Below are positions 39,956-48,367 of a DNA stretch of 64,000 nucleotides, one piece after another; the stretch's first letter is position 1; the number at the start of each line of letters is the position of its first letter. The notes beneath the pieces were generated by a model. It did no database searches. It was not told the origin of the DNA and worked only from the letters and a program-made list of their open reading frames with translations. The position numbers and the translations under genes are program-made. This stretch comes from Waterburya sp. (GTDB lineage Bacteria > Cyanobacteriota > Cyanobacteriia > Cyanobacteriales > Xenococcaceae), in NCBI GenBank assembly GCA_965217895.1, contig CBDCJV010000002.1, positions 448,001-512,000 on the forward strand, written 5' to 3'.

Positions 39956-41215
39956 CTACTTCCTGGCTTTAGCTTTAATTAGTGGATTTGAATCGTCTGT
40001 TACCATGCCCCCGCAGGCATCACCTAACTGCTCCAAAGCAAGTAAACAAGCATATTTAAGCTCAAATATTGGCGTATTTAAAATTTCTTTTAGTAAGGGA
40101 ATTGCTTGAGTTGCTCGAAGATTTGCTAAAGCGATCGCTGCTGCTGCGCGGGATTTTTGAAACTGAGGCGAAGTATTGTTTAGGGCTTCGACAATTAGCT
40201 CGTAACCAGGCTGATAATTGAGTAAACCCAACAGCTTAACCACATGGAAATGTGCGCCATAGTCGTTGTGCGCTTCTTCTTGGTAGGTTTGTAATAAAGC
40301 CTGGGGTGCAAGCTCAGGGTAAACTTCTAAAAGGGTTTTTCCTGCCAAATAGCACCTGCCAAAATCGGTATGGTAAAGTTCCCTAATTAAAAACTCTATC
40401 GATGGTGGCTGATCGTACTCGTGTACCATCTCAATGTCTTGAGGGCGATCGCGGATGACTCGATCTAAGCTAGGTTCAATTTCGGCAAAAGTTATTTTAC
40501 CCGCAGCCATACCCGCAGCAGCAAGTAACCTAATACCTCGTAAGCGAAATGCTATAGAAATAGGTGCAAGAGCGATCGCCCGAATTGCTTGATAGTACTC
40601 TGTATCAATTAAATCTTGAATGCAGGCGCGTCTGGCGTTAATGTTGTCGTGTTGCAAAAACTCAACAACCCGCTCCATCTGGCTATAGTCATTAGTCAAA
40701 CGAGCTAAAGTTGCGATCGCAGCACTGGCGGTTGGTTGATCGTCGTTGCTAGTAAAGGGTTTAATTCTATCTATAGCTGGCTGGTAATCAAACTTAGCTA
40801 AGGTGTGCAGAATAACGCGATAGGTTTGATTAGGTTTAGTTAGTAGTTGAGCGATCGCTTCGAGGATAGAGCGATCTTCTGTGCCAATTTCGCCAATTGC
40901 CCACACCGCATTTTCTACCGTCAGGACATCTGCATCGTCTAAACAAGATGTTAGGGTTGGTAAAGCTATTCGAGCTTTTAAACGTCCTAAACTCTCAACT
41001 GCTTTACGCCTGGCGATGCGATTTTCCAAAGCAGGATCGCGATCTTCTATGGCTTCAACTAGAGCTTGAATCGATCTTTCGGTAGGAAAATTAATTAGAT
41101 GTGCTGCACCAACATAACGCTCTGATGTGCCATCTTCTGTATTTAAGGGTTTTTTTAATAAAGCGATCGCCTGATCTTCGGTTAAATTAAATATATTAGA
41201 AAATCTATTATCCAT
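39956..41215 (-). CDS. cpeY: E/F-clan HEAT-repeat phycobilin lyase, CpeY-like
   Basis: MDNRFSNIFNLTEDQAIALL, RY..AHL, NRIARRKAVESLGRL, DFGRCYLA, NDYGAHFHV and PQFQKSR match CpeY/MpeZ-type lyases. Confidence 0.8.
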   Translation of the reverse strand: MDNRFSNIFNLTEDQAIALLKKPLNTEDGTSERYVGAAHLINFPTERSIQALVEAIEDRDPALENRIARRKAVESLGRLKARIALPTLTSCLDDADVLTVENAVWAIGEIGTEDRSILEAIAQLLTKPNQTYRVILHTLAKFDYQPAIDRIKPFTSNDDQPTASAAIATLARLTNDYSQMERVVEFLQHDNINARRACIQDLIDTEYYQAIRAIALAPISIAFRLRGIRLLAAAGMAAGKITFAEIEPSLDRVIRDRPQDIEMVHEYDQPPSIEFLIRELYHTDFGRCYLAGKTLLEVYPELAPQALLQTYQEEAHNDYGAHFHVVKLLGLLNYQPGYELIVEALNNTSPQFQKSRAAAAIALANLRATQAIPLLKEILNTPIFELKYACLLALEQLGDACGGMVTDDSNPLIKAKARK

Positions 41216-41293
41216 TACTCAAACTATCTTTTTTATATTCAATAGTTTATAACTTTCTGGGCCACATCTAAATTTTAGAGTAAAGTAGCCACA

Positions 41294-41992
41294 CTAATCA
41301 TTGATAGCATCTAAGATTTCATCAGCAGTAGGATTATAGTTAGGCTCAGACAACTGTATATTCTCTTTCCAAATATAGTAAACTTCTTCTAGTGTTCCAT
41401 CGTGATGACTCCAAGATCCCGTATAGTCCTTAAAATTAAGCTTCACTAACAGCCATTCTTGCTGGGAAGTATCTAATGGTTTGGTTGTAAAAATAAATCC
41501 AGCTTCATCATCATGATATTCATATAATTCTAGAGAATACAAAGATCCTTGCCAGCCATATTCTCCTGAAACTGTTGCTTCAATTGCTGCTTTTTCTGTA
41601 TCATTTTTAGGGGTAAAAATAAAAGCTTCTCTAGGTCTGACAGAGTAAATCATAGGCGACCAGCTAAACTTATTAAGCATAAATTCAGCTAATTTTTCTA
41701 AAGCCTGTTTATCGGTAGTCATCAGCCAAATTTCAGCTTCAAGTTGGCTACTAATTGTCCATCTAATTTTGCTTTTAAATTTATAGGCAACTCCTGCAAA
41801 AGCATTATCATAAGCTAATTTATGATCTATGCCTACATATCCTTCTTTTAAAAGTTCGTCAATAGTTTTTTGTGAAGGAAAAGGCTTTTTATAAGAAAAA
41901 TCATAGTGTATTGGTCTTGCCTGAAGACTAGACTTGGCGTAGTTTTGGCTACGCTCTAGATTAACAGCTTGGTTATTTTGCATGATTAACAC
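41294..41992 (-). CDS. Hypothetical protein
   Basis: 232-aa ORF with no recognisable motif. Confidence 0.55.
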   Translation of the reverse strand: MLIMQNNQAVNLERSQNYAKSSLQARPIHYDFSYKKPFPSQKTIDELLKEGYVGIDHKLAYDNAFAGVAYKFKSKIRWTISSQLEAEIWLMTTDKQALEKLAEFMLNKFSWSPMIYSVRPREAFIFTPKNDTEKAAIEATVSGEYGWQGSLYSLELYEYHDDEAGFIFTTKPLDTSQQEWLLVKLNFKDYTGSWSHHDGTLEEVYYIWKENIQLSEPNYNPTADEILDAIND

Positions 41993-42132
41993 TATCTTCG
42001 AGAGAACTTGTACTTATTGTTCCCTAAAAAATTACTAAACATATAACCACGATCAATGTTATTAGCAAGTAAACAAAAGATACTTTAAAAGACAATAATT
42101 TTCAGAGCATCTTTTGCCGCTCAAAAAGCTCA

Positions 42133-42228
42133 TATAGCAATCCTAAATGAAGTGTAAAATTTTTGTTCTTTATTCCCTATTCCCAATACCAAAATTTAAC
42201 TGTCCACAAATGAAATAGGATTACTATA
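42133..42228. mobile_element. MITE with TATAGCAATCCTA terminal inverted repeats (IS630/TA-target type)
   Basis: tatagcaatccta ... taggattactata are complementary at 12/13 positions; internal tattccc repeats. Confidence 0.7.
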
Positions 42229-42238
42229 GCTATTAAAT

Positions 42239-43000
42239 TTAGTGACGTACTTGTTTTTGGTTGCGCGTCGAAAAGTAGAGGACAACCGACAGCAGAATTA
42301 GGGCAATGATCGAAGCATAACCTCTTGAGAGTGATAAACCACCTTTTGCCGTTGGCTTGGTCAGAAAGTCGCCAAAAGTAGCTCCAAAGGGACGGGTAAA
42401 AATGAATGCGAGCCAGAATAGTAAAACAGCGTTAATCTTGGTTGCGTAGTGCAGGGAGATGACAACAATAATGACGGTAGCAGTTACCAATGCACCCTGG
42501 ATATAGCTCAATCCCATGTTGTCTGTTAGAAAGTCACCAAAAGCTGTTCCCAAACTATTGGAAAATACCACCGCTATCCAATAGGTAGTCTCTGCGTCTT
42601 TCTTGATAATCGGGTAAACACTCAAATCGCGATCGCGATAGTACCAGACAGCGAGAGTGGTCAAAAGACAGGCTATTAGAATCAGAGATCCCACTGCGTA
42701 GCCCAGACCAAGAGAGCGATCCATGAGGTCGGAAACTTCTGTTCCTGCTGTGGTTGTAGCAATGATGGCTAACCAAAAAAGGGCTGGACGATATTTCTCA
42801 CTTTGAATTTGAAAAAAGAGGATAATTGCCAGGAGTGCGACCGTTATAGCGAAGCCGACGTAGTAGCCCCAGTTGAGTCCTTGTGAAATAAAGTCACCTG
42901 CGGTTTCCCCCAGAGTTGTGGCGATAACCTTCATGATCCAGAAGAAAATCGTGACTTGTGCGACCTTGTTGGCAACTCTATTCGTTTTAACCTTGTTCAT
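42239..43000 (-). CDS. COG4705 family membrane protein
   Basis: KVAQVTIFFWIMKVIATTLGETAGD; GTAFGD; FW.AF..TRPFGATFGD..TKP...GGL. Confidence 0.85.
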   Translation of the reverse strand: MNKVKTNRVANKVAQVTIFFWIMKVIATTLGETAGDFISQGLNWGYYVGFAITVALLAIILFFQIQSEKYRPALFWLAIIATTTAGTEVSDLMDRSLGLGYAVGSLILIACLLTTLAVWYYRDRDLSVYPIIKKDAETTYWIAVVFSNSLGTAFGDFLTDNMGLSYIQGALVTATVIIVVISLHYATKINAVLLFWLAFIFTRPFGATFGDFLTKPTAKGGLSLSRGYASIIALILLSVVLYFSTRNQKQVRH

Positions 43001-43046
43001 TGACTTTCCACCAAAAATTTAAATTTTTACTATTTTTTCCACCCAA

Positions 43047-43080
43047 ACTTTAGGAAATAATTGTCAGGAACTTTGCAAGA
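43047..43080 (-). promoter_or_regulatory. Putative promoter: 19-bp motif TCTTGCAAAGTTCCTGACA plus -10 TAAAGT
   Basis: The identical 19-mer also lies upstream of the paralog (45276-45294), with the same 9-nt spacing to a TAnnnT hexamer. Confidence 0.65.
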
Positions 43081-43119
43081 AATAGAATTTTTTGATCGCG
43101 ATCGCCTAAATAAATTGTT

Positions 43120-44349
43120 CTACTTTTTAAGTTTCTGTCCAATATCTAACAAATTGCCGTTAAATAAGGCTCGGTCGAGACGTTTAATTATGCCTTTCAA
43201 ATCTTGTTCGTGATATCGCTTGCTGATTTGCTCAATGCCATCAACTAGATCTAGGCGATTTATGTCGGTTAAGGGTTTAATCAATTCACGATAACAATTT
43301 TCTTCATAATTATCGCTGATATAACAGGTATCAACCAGCTTCTCTTTGGAGACATCTTTTTCTTTAAAGGTAGAAATTTGCTCTAGCAATCCTAACGACA
43401 AAAAAGCCGTCATTGTTCTGACGCACTTTTCACATTTGCCACAGTTGTAGTTGCCCTCGCTATAGCTCTCCTTTTCATTACACACCCGAAGATGTTTGAG
43501 AGCTATATCCCATTCTCCTACTAGCTTAGTTTTTTCTAATCTGGATAAGGCTACATTTTCATGGCGTATTTGTAGACCAGTAGTGCTATATAAAGGATCG
43601 AGCAAAGGATGAGAACCCCAAGGTTCTAGGTTGGCAAAGTCATAGGTAGAGGCAATGGAAGCAAAACTCAATCGAGTCACAAAAGCATGAGCGATCGCTG
43701 CGAGGAAAGAACCATGGTATTCAAATCGCCAAAAGCTAAAGTCAGGATCTAAATCGCGAAAATGAGCGTAGGCATTGGTATAAACTTGAATGAGTTTAAT
43801 ACCTGCATCTTCTGCCATTGCGCTTACGGCATTGATTACGTTTTGAAAATTGGGATCGAATTCGTTTTCTCCTTGCAAAACCCCGTAAACTAAAATCCCA
43901 TCTTTAATATGTCGGGGATGATCTTTAGCAAAATTGAGATGATTATCTCGTACCATCGCTAAAGCATCAATGCCACCCGAAAATAATGCTCCTGCTCTGG
44001 GTGGCTTATCAGCAAACAAAACTTCTGTTTCCAGGGGAGCTTCAATGGGAATTACTTTGCGTCCTTCGACCTGCCAATTACTTAAGCACTTCATGGAGTT
44101 AATTAAACCATCTTTAATTTCAGGAGAAATCGACCCATCAAGAGCAATTCGCTGTTCTCCGTAGCGCATGGCAGGCAAAGCGCAAGCTAGTAAAAAAGAG
44201 TTGGGATTGAGAAAAAGAGCATCTCCAAATTCAGTAGTCGTTTCAAAATAAACATCTTGACTAGGGCGATCGCGATTTTCCCAAATTACCTTGGCGATTA
44301 TTCTTACTCGATCTGCGTTGCTCTCTTTTCTGAGATTTTCAATTTTCAT
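43120..44349 (-). CDS. PP-loop-like (adenine nucleotide alpha hydrolase-like) protein with a Cys cluster
   Basis: FSGGIDA motif; PWGSHP..DP; LRVC...NCGKCEKCVRTM. Confidence 0.6.
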   Translation of the reverse strand: MKIENLRKESNADRVRIIAKVIWENRDRPSQDVYFETTTEFGDALFLNPNSFLLACALPAMRYGEQRIALDGSISPEIKDGLINSMKCLSNWQVEGRKVIPIEAPLETEVLFADKPPRAGALFSGGIDALAMVRDNHLNFAKDHPRHIKDGILVYGVLQGENEFDPNFQNVINAVSAMAEDAGIKLIQVYTNAYAHFRDLDPDFSFWRFEYHGSFLAAIAHAFVTRLSFASIASTYDFANLEPWGSHPLLDPLYSTTGLQIRHENVALSRLEKTKLVGEWDIALKHLRVCNEKESYSEGNYNCGKCEKCVRTMTAFLSLGLLEQISTFKEKDVSKEKLVDTCYISDNYEENCYRELIKPLTDINRLDLVDGIEQISKRYHEQDLKGIIKRLDRALFNGNLLDIGQKLKK

Positions 44350-44451
44350 AAATTAATTTATGTTTTAAATAAAACGACAATCTGATAAAATTACCGAGAT
44401 TCCTGCTTATGGAGGTTTCTAAGAAATAGAAAGTAAAAACGGTAATTTTTC

Positions 44452-45222
44452 TTAGCTGTCACTAGGTAGTTTGGTCAATTGGGCTGGTTTTTTTTGCTTA
44501 ATGGTCATGTAAATAATTAAGATGGCGATTGTAGTGATAAAGCTGATAGTAGTTCCCACTGTACCGAAACCAAGCCCACCATTTTTAACAGGTTGAGATA
44601 ATAGATCGCCAATAGATGCCCCTAGTGGACGAGTTAAAACATAAGTCAGCCAAAAGGTTAAAACTGCATTCATGCCAAAGCGATAATAAGCAACCGCAAT
44701 TATAGCAATTACTCCTCCAAACACAAGCGCAGAAACCGCATAACCAAGACTTAATCCTTCTGCTAATAAGTCTCCTGCTGCTGTCCCCAAGGCAAAAGTT
44801 AATAAGATAGCAGCCCAGTAAAATAGCTCTCTTTTGGTTGTTTTGATCGAGTGCATTGCTAATGTCTTTTCACTTTGATACCACACGGCAAAAAGAGCTA
44901 ATAAACCCAGAGTAAAAATTATGGTGATGGTTACTAGACTAACTCCCATCTCATCTACTAGGCGATCGGTAATTAAGGTGCCGACAATACTAACTAAAAC
45001 CACCACAGCCCAGTAACTTACTGGTATATATCGTTTCAGTCTAAACTGATTCCAAAGCACAACCGCCAAAATAGCAGCCATGAGATAGGATGTAGCTGCT
45101 AACCCAAAATTCATGGTAAATGCTAAAAAATCTGCTCCTGTTTCCCCGACGGTAGTTGCCATAATCTTAATAATCCAGAAATATAGCGTTACCTCTGGAA
45201 CTCTATTCAACATCCTGTTCAT
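44452..45222 (-). CDS. COG4705 family membrane protein (second paralog)
   Basis: RVPEVTLYFWIIKIMATTVGETGAD; RELFYWAAIL.TFALGTAAGD; LTRPLGASIGD. Confidence 0.85.
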   Translation of the reverse strand: MNRMLNRVPEVTLYFWIIKIMATTVGETGADFLAFTMNFGLAATSYLMAAILAVVLWNQFRLKRYIPVSYWAVVVLVSIVGTLITDRLVDEMGVSLVTITIIFTLGLLALFAVWYQSEKTLAMHSIKTTKRELFYWAAILLTFALGTAAGDLLAEGLSLGYAVSALVFGGVIAIIAVAYYRFGMNAVLTFWLTYVLTRPLGASIGDLLSQPVKNGGLGFGTVGTTISFITTIAILIIYMTIKQKKPAQLTKLPSDS

Positions 45223-45260
45223 AATGCTTGACTAGTATTTTTATTTTTAATAGACAACTT

Positions 45261-45294
45261 ACCCTAATGAATAAATGTCAGGAACTTTGCAAGA
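45261..45294 (-). promoter_or_regulatory. Putative promoter: 19-bp motif TCTTGCAAAGTTCCTGACA plus -10 TAGGGT
   Basis: Identical to 43062-43080, with a 9-nt spacer to TAGGGT. Confidence 0.65.
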
Positions 45295-45413
45295 TTTTGA
45301 ACTAAACCCGATTTACTTTAAAAGCGGAAAAAACAGAAATTATTGCTATTTTGTTGATTTTTTATTCAAGCTAAACTATGATTGATGAATAGTTAGTTAT
45401 TGGAATAATAAAC

Positions 45414-45776
45414 GTGTCTAATGATTTTGGTATATTAATTCGCCAAGCGCGAAAAGAAAAAAAGCATTCTCAAAGAGAATTGGCTAAACTATTGAAAATA
45501 GATTTTACCTATTTATCTAAACTAGAAAATAATCGTGCAGATTATGCCCCCAAAGAAGAGGTGATTCGCGGTTTGGCAAGACATTTAGATTTAGATCAAG
45601 AAGAACTAATTTTTCTGGCTGGAAGAATACCTCAACAGGAGGAAGATTTACTCAAGCAACATTATAAAGATATGCCTGCTTTATTTCGTCGAATGCGAGA
45701 AAATCCTGAATTTGCTCAAAGAGTATTTCGCGAAGCTTCCACCACACAGACATCTCACGCGGGTCAGGACACTTAA
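45414..45776 (+). CDS. XRE-family HTH transcriptional regulator
   Basis: FG..IRQARKEK..SQRELAK...DFTYLSKLENN; LAGRIP. Confidence 0.88.
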   Translation: MSNDFGILIRQARKEKKHSQRELAKLLKIDFTYLSKLENNRADYAPKEEVIRGLARHLDLDQEELIFLAGRIPQQEEDLLKQHYKDMPALFRRMRENPEFAQRVFREASTTQTSHAGQDT

Positions 45777-45812
45777 ATCGAAGTGTCTTTAGATAGCTAG
45801 GAGCAATAATTT

Positions 45813-46451
45813 GTGAGTGTTTTTCGTCCATTTAGATTTATTTCTAAAATTGATATTGAGGCTGCTGCTTTGGATGTTTGGCTACAAATGGAGAAAGCGA
45901 AAAACAAGCCCCAATTGCCAGTTGATGCTAGCATTATTGCCGAGTTTCTAGACTTAGATTTAGTCTGGGATCGAATTGCTGATGACGAACAGGGGAAAAT
46001 AGCAGCCAGAATTTTACCTTTAGAAAAGCTAATAGAAATTAATGAAGATCTGCCACAGCTAAGAGGAGGTTTTGGCGAATCAACCATTGCCCATGAGATT
46101 GGACATTGGGTACTGCATATTGATACTGAAAAGATAGACAGCTACAGTCGGCTTAAAGAAAAGGGTGTCGATGTGAAGGTTAAGCCTTTTCTCTGTCGCA
46201 GTGGCGATAGTTTGGCAAGGATTGAGTGGCAAGCACAATACTTTGCAGGATGCTTGCTGATGCCACAGCACATATTAACAGAATTGAAGCAGGGTAAAGA
46301 TTTAACTAAATGGCAGCATCTTTATCGAATGGCTCAACAGTTGGGCGTAACTATCTCTAATTTGACAACTCGTTTACAAGATCTAGGCTGGATTTCTCTT
46401 GATGCAGATACCCGCAAAATTAAATTAATAAATAATTTATCTAATGTCTAA
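45813..46451 (+). CDS. ImmA/IrrE family Zn metallopeptidase
   Basis: TIAHEIGHW.LH (HExxH) and EWQAQYFAGCLLMP. Confidence 0.9.
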   Translation: MSVFRPFRFISKIDIEAAALDVWLQMEKAKNKPQLPVDASIIAEFLDLDLVWDRIADDEQGKIAARILPLEKLIEINEDLPQLRGGFGESTIAHEIGHWVLHIDTEKIDSYSRLKEKGVDVKVKPFLCRSGDSLARIEWQAQYFAGCLLMPQHILTELKQGKDLTKWQHLYRMAQQLGVTISNLTTRLQDLGWISLDADTRKIKLINNLSNV

Positions 46452-47795
46452 ATGATCTTTTATTTCTTGAGCTAGCCAAGCTGCTTCTTCTTCTTTTAAT
46501 GCGCCACCAAGGTTATAAATGCGATCGCTCCCTCGCAATGCAACCTGAAAAATAGAGCCTGTGCGCTGCACAAAAACGTTATTTATTTTTTGACTAGCTA
46601 AAGTACTTTTATTATATTTCAAACCCAAAGCGTTACTGTAAATTACGGTCATATTGTTATTGATAAATATGTCTGTTTTTGATACAAGCAACAAGAAAAG
46701 CTTGATTAATACCATTAAAGGAAATATTAACAACAAGGTGGGAAAAAATGTCGTAAAAAACAAGGAAAAGCAGAACCAGGTGAATAAAGCCGCTAATCCA
46801 CTACAGCCACTATTAAAAAGCTCATTTGCTCTATCAAAACCCCCTGCGGGTATCTTGATTTCTAACAGACCTTTTTCCTTTTTTAGTTCAACTAGCGTTA
46901 GGGGAGCAATACTGTTAATTTTGTATTTATTGGTTGCTCGTTTGGTGAAAATTTCCGACTGGTTACTATAATTATAAGTAAACATCTTAGAAAGCAAAGT
47001 TTCCTTAGCTTCAACGGCATTTTGAAAACGTTTTTCTACCGTTAATTCTGTTATTTTCTCTAACCAATCAATCAAGTCTGGTTTAATATTAACGCGATCG
47101 CGAAATTGAATTCGAGAATCTTTATGAGGCAAATCCGCAGGGGATTTTCCTGTTAATAAATGAATTAAAGTTCCCCCCAAAGCATATAAATCTGAAGCCT
47201 CAACCGCCCTACCCCAAAACTGTTCTAAAGGCGCATAACCCACTGTACCAACAACTGTAAAAGTAATTCCCGTAACGGCTGCCTGTGCCTGCACTGCGCC
47301 AAAATCGATTAAATAAATGCGATCGTCTTCTCCCAAAATTATATTACTGGGCTTAATATCTCGATGTAGTACCGAGGGATTTAATTGATGTAGATAAATT
47401 AGAATATCCAAAGTTTCTTGGGCGATACTCCGAATTTTATCCTCAGTAAAACGCCGACTTTGTTCTAATAGTTCTTGTAAAGATAAGCCAGGAATATATT
47501 GCTGTACCAGAGCAAACCAAGGAACACCTTCGCCAACTTCCTTATCTAAATCAAAATAATCATAATATTTAGGAATGCAGGGATGGTCTAGAGCTTTTAG
47601 TGTCTGCGCTTCTCTTTCAAACAGCTTTAATTCTTCCCAGCGCATTTGTGGATTAAACGCCAATAGCTTGATCGCGACAAATTCGGTACTTACCCGATCG
47701 CTCGCCAGCCAAGTTTGATGTCCTGCTGCGGTACGCCCTAAACGCCTTTGCAGTTGATATCGAGAATTTAAGACTTGATCTTCTTTAAATACCAT
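46437..47795 (-). CDS. Membrane Ser/Thr protein kinase (Hanks type)
   Basis: VAIK, FEREA, HRDIKPSN, DFG, GTVGYAPLEQ, SDLYALG; C-terminal TM pair. Overlaps the ImmA 3' end convergently. Confidence 0.92.
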   Translation of the reverse strand: MVFKEDQVLNSRYQLQRRLGRTAAGHQTWLASDRVSTEFVAIKLLAFNPQMRWEELKLFEREAQTLKALDHPCIPKYYDYFDLDKEVGEGVPWFALVQQYIPGLSLQELLEQSRRFTEDKIRSIAQETLDILIYLHQLNPSVLHRDIKPSNIILGEDDRIYLIDFGAVQAQAAVTGITFTVVGTVGYAPLEQFWGRAVEASDLYALGGTLIHLLTGKSPADLPHKDSRIQFRDRVNIKPDLIDWLEKITELTVEKRFQNAVEAKETLLSKMFTYNYSNQSEIFTKRATNKYKINSIAPLTLVELKKEKGLLEIKIPAGGFDRANELFNSGCSGLAALFTWFCFSLFFTTFFPTLLLIFPLMVLIKLFLLLVSKTDIFINNNMTVIYSNALGLKYNKSTLASQKINNVFVQRTGSIFQVALRGSDRIYNLGGALKEEEAAWLAQEIKDHLDIR

Positions 47796-48178
47796 GCGAT
47801 CGCCTTGATAAAATCAGTAAGGTACATAATTAATATTAAAAATCAATCAGAACCAAGATTCTTGAAAATATTTAAGTTGAATGGAAAACAGTATCTTCAT
47901 TTAGTCTGAACGTTTTTGCACTAGATTGACAACTATTTAGCAAAATTTTAAATATTTCTTATGCGATCGCTTCAGTTCTCTTAGAACAGACAAGTTATTG
48001 AGCGAAGGCAGCAAGGTGTAACCACCGCAGCTAGTCAGACGGCAGAAGTCAGAAGGTTGATCTTTGAATTGTTCTTTGCAAATGACCCAAGACTATCTTT
48101 TTAGAAAGGTAGTTAACAATAATTTATGCAAGAAGTCTAATATACTTAAAGGATATTTTAAACGCTATTTTTTTGTTT

Positions 48179-48367
48179 ATGAATCAACCATCAAAAATTA
48201 ATAATCCTAATTTAACTTCTATACAAGAACCAATAACTAGTGCTGCACCAGAAGTAAAACAAATTATTGAGGAAATCCTAAAACTAGAAAAAGATAAGCT
48301 ATATTTAAAGACTCCTCGCAATATCAATGAAGATGTTTTAAATATAATCAAAAAAATTGTGCCATGA
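48179..48367 (+). CDS. Small protein coupled to the downstream ATPase
   Basis: ATG at 48179 (the track starts at TTG 48173); its stop overlaps the ATPase start (ATGA). Confidence 0.7.
   Translation: MNQPSKINNPNLTSIQEPITSAAPEVKQIIEEILKLEKDKLYLKTPRNINEDVLNIIKKIVP

Noticed and set aside
42009..42023. LexA-like GTAC...GTTC
   Set aside because: Spacing is one base longer than the cyanobacterial LexA box.
45414..46451. Prophage or ICE immunity region
   Set aside because: No integrase, att sites or phage/conjugation genes nearby, and normal HIP1 content in the flanks.
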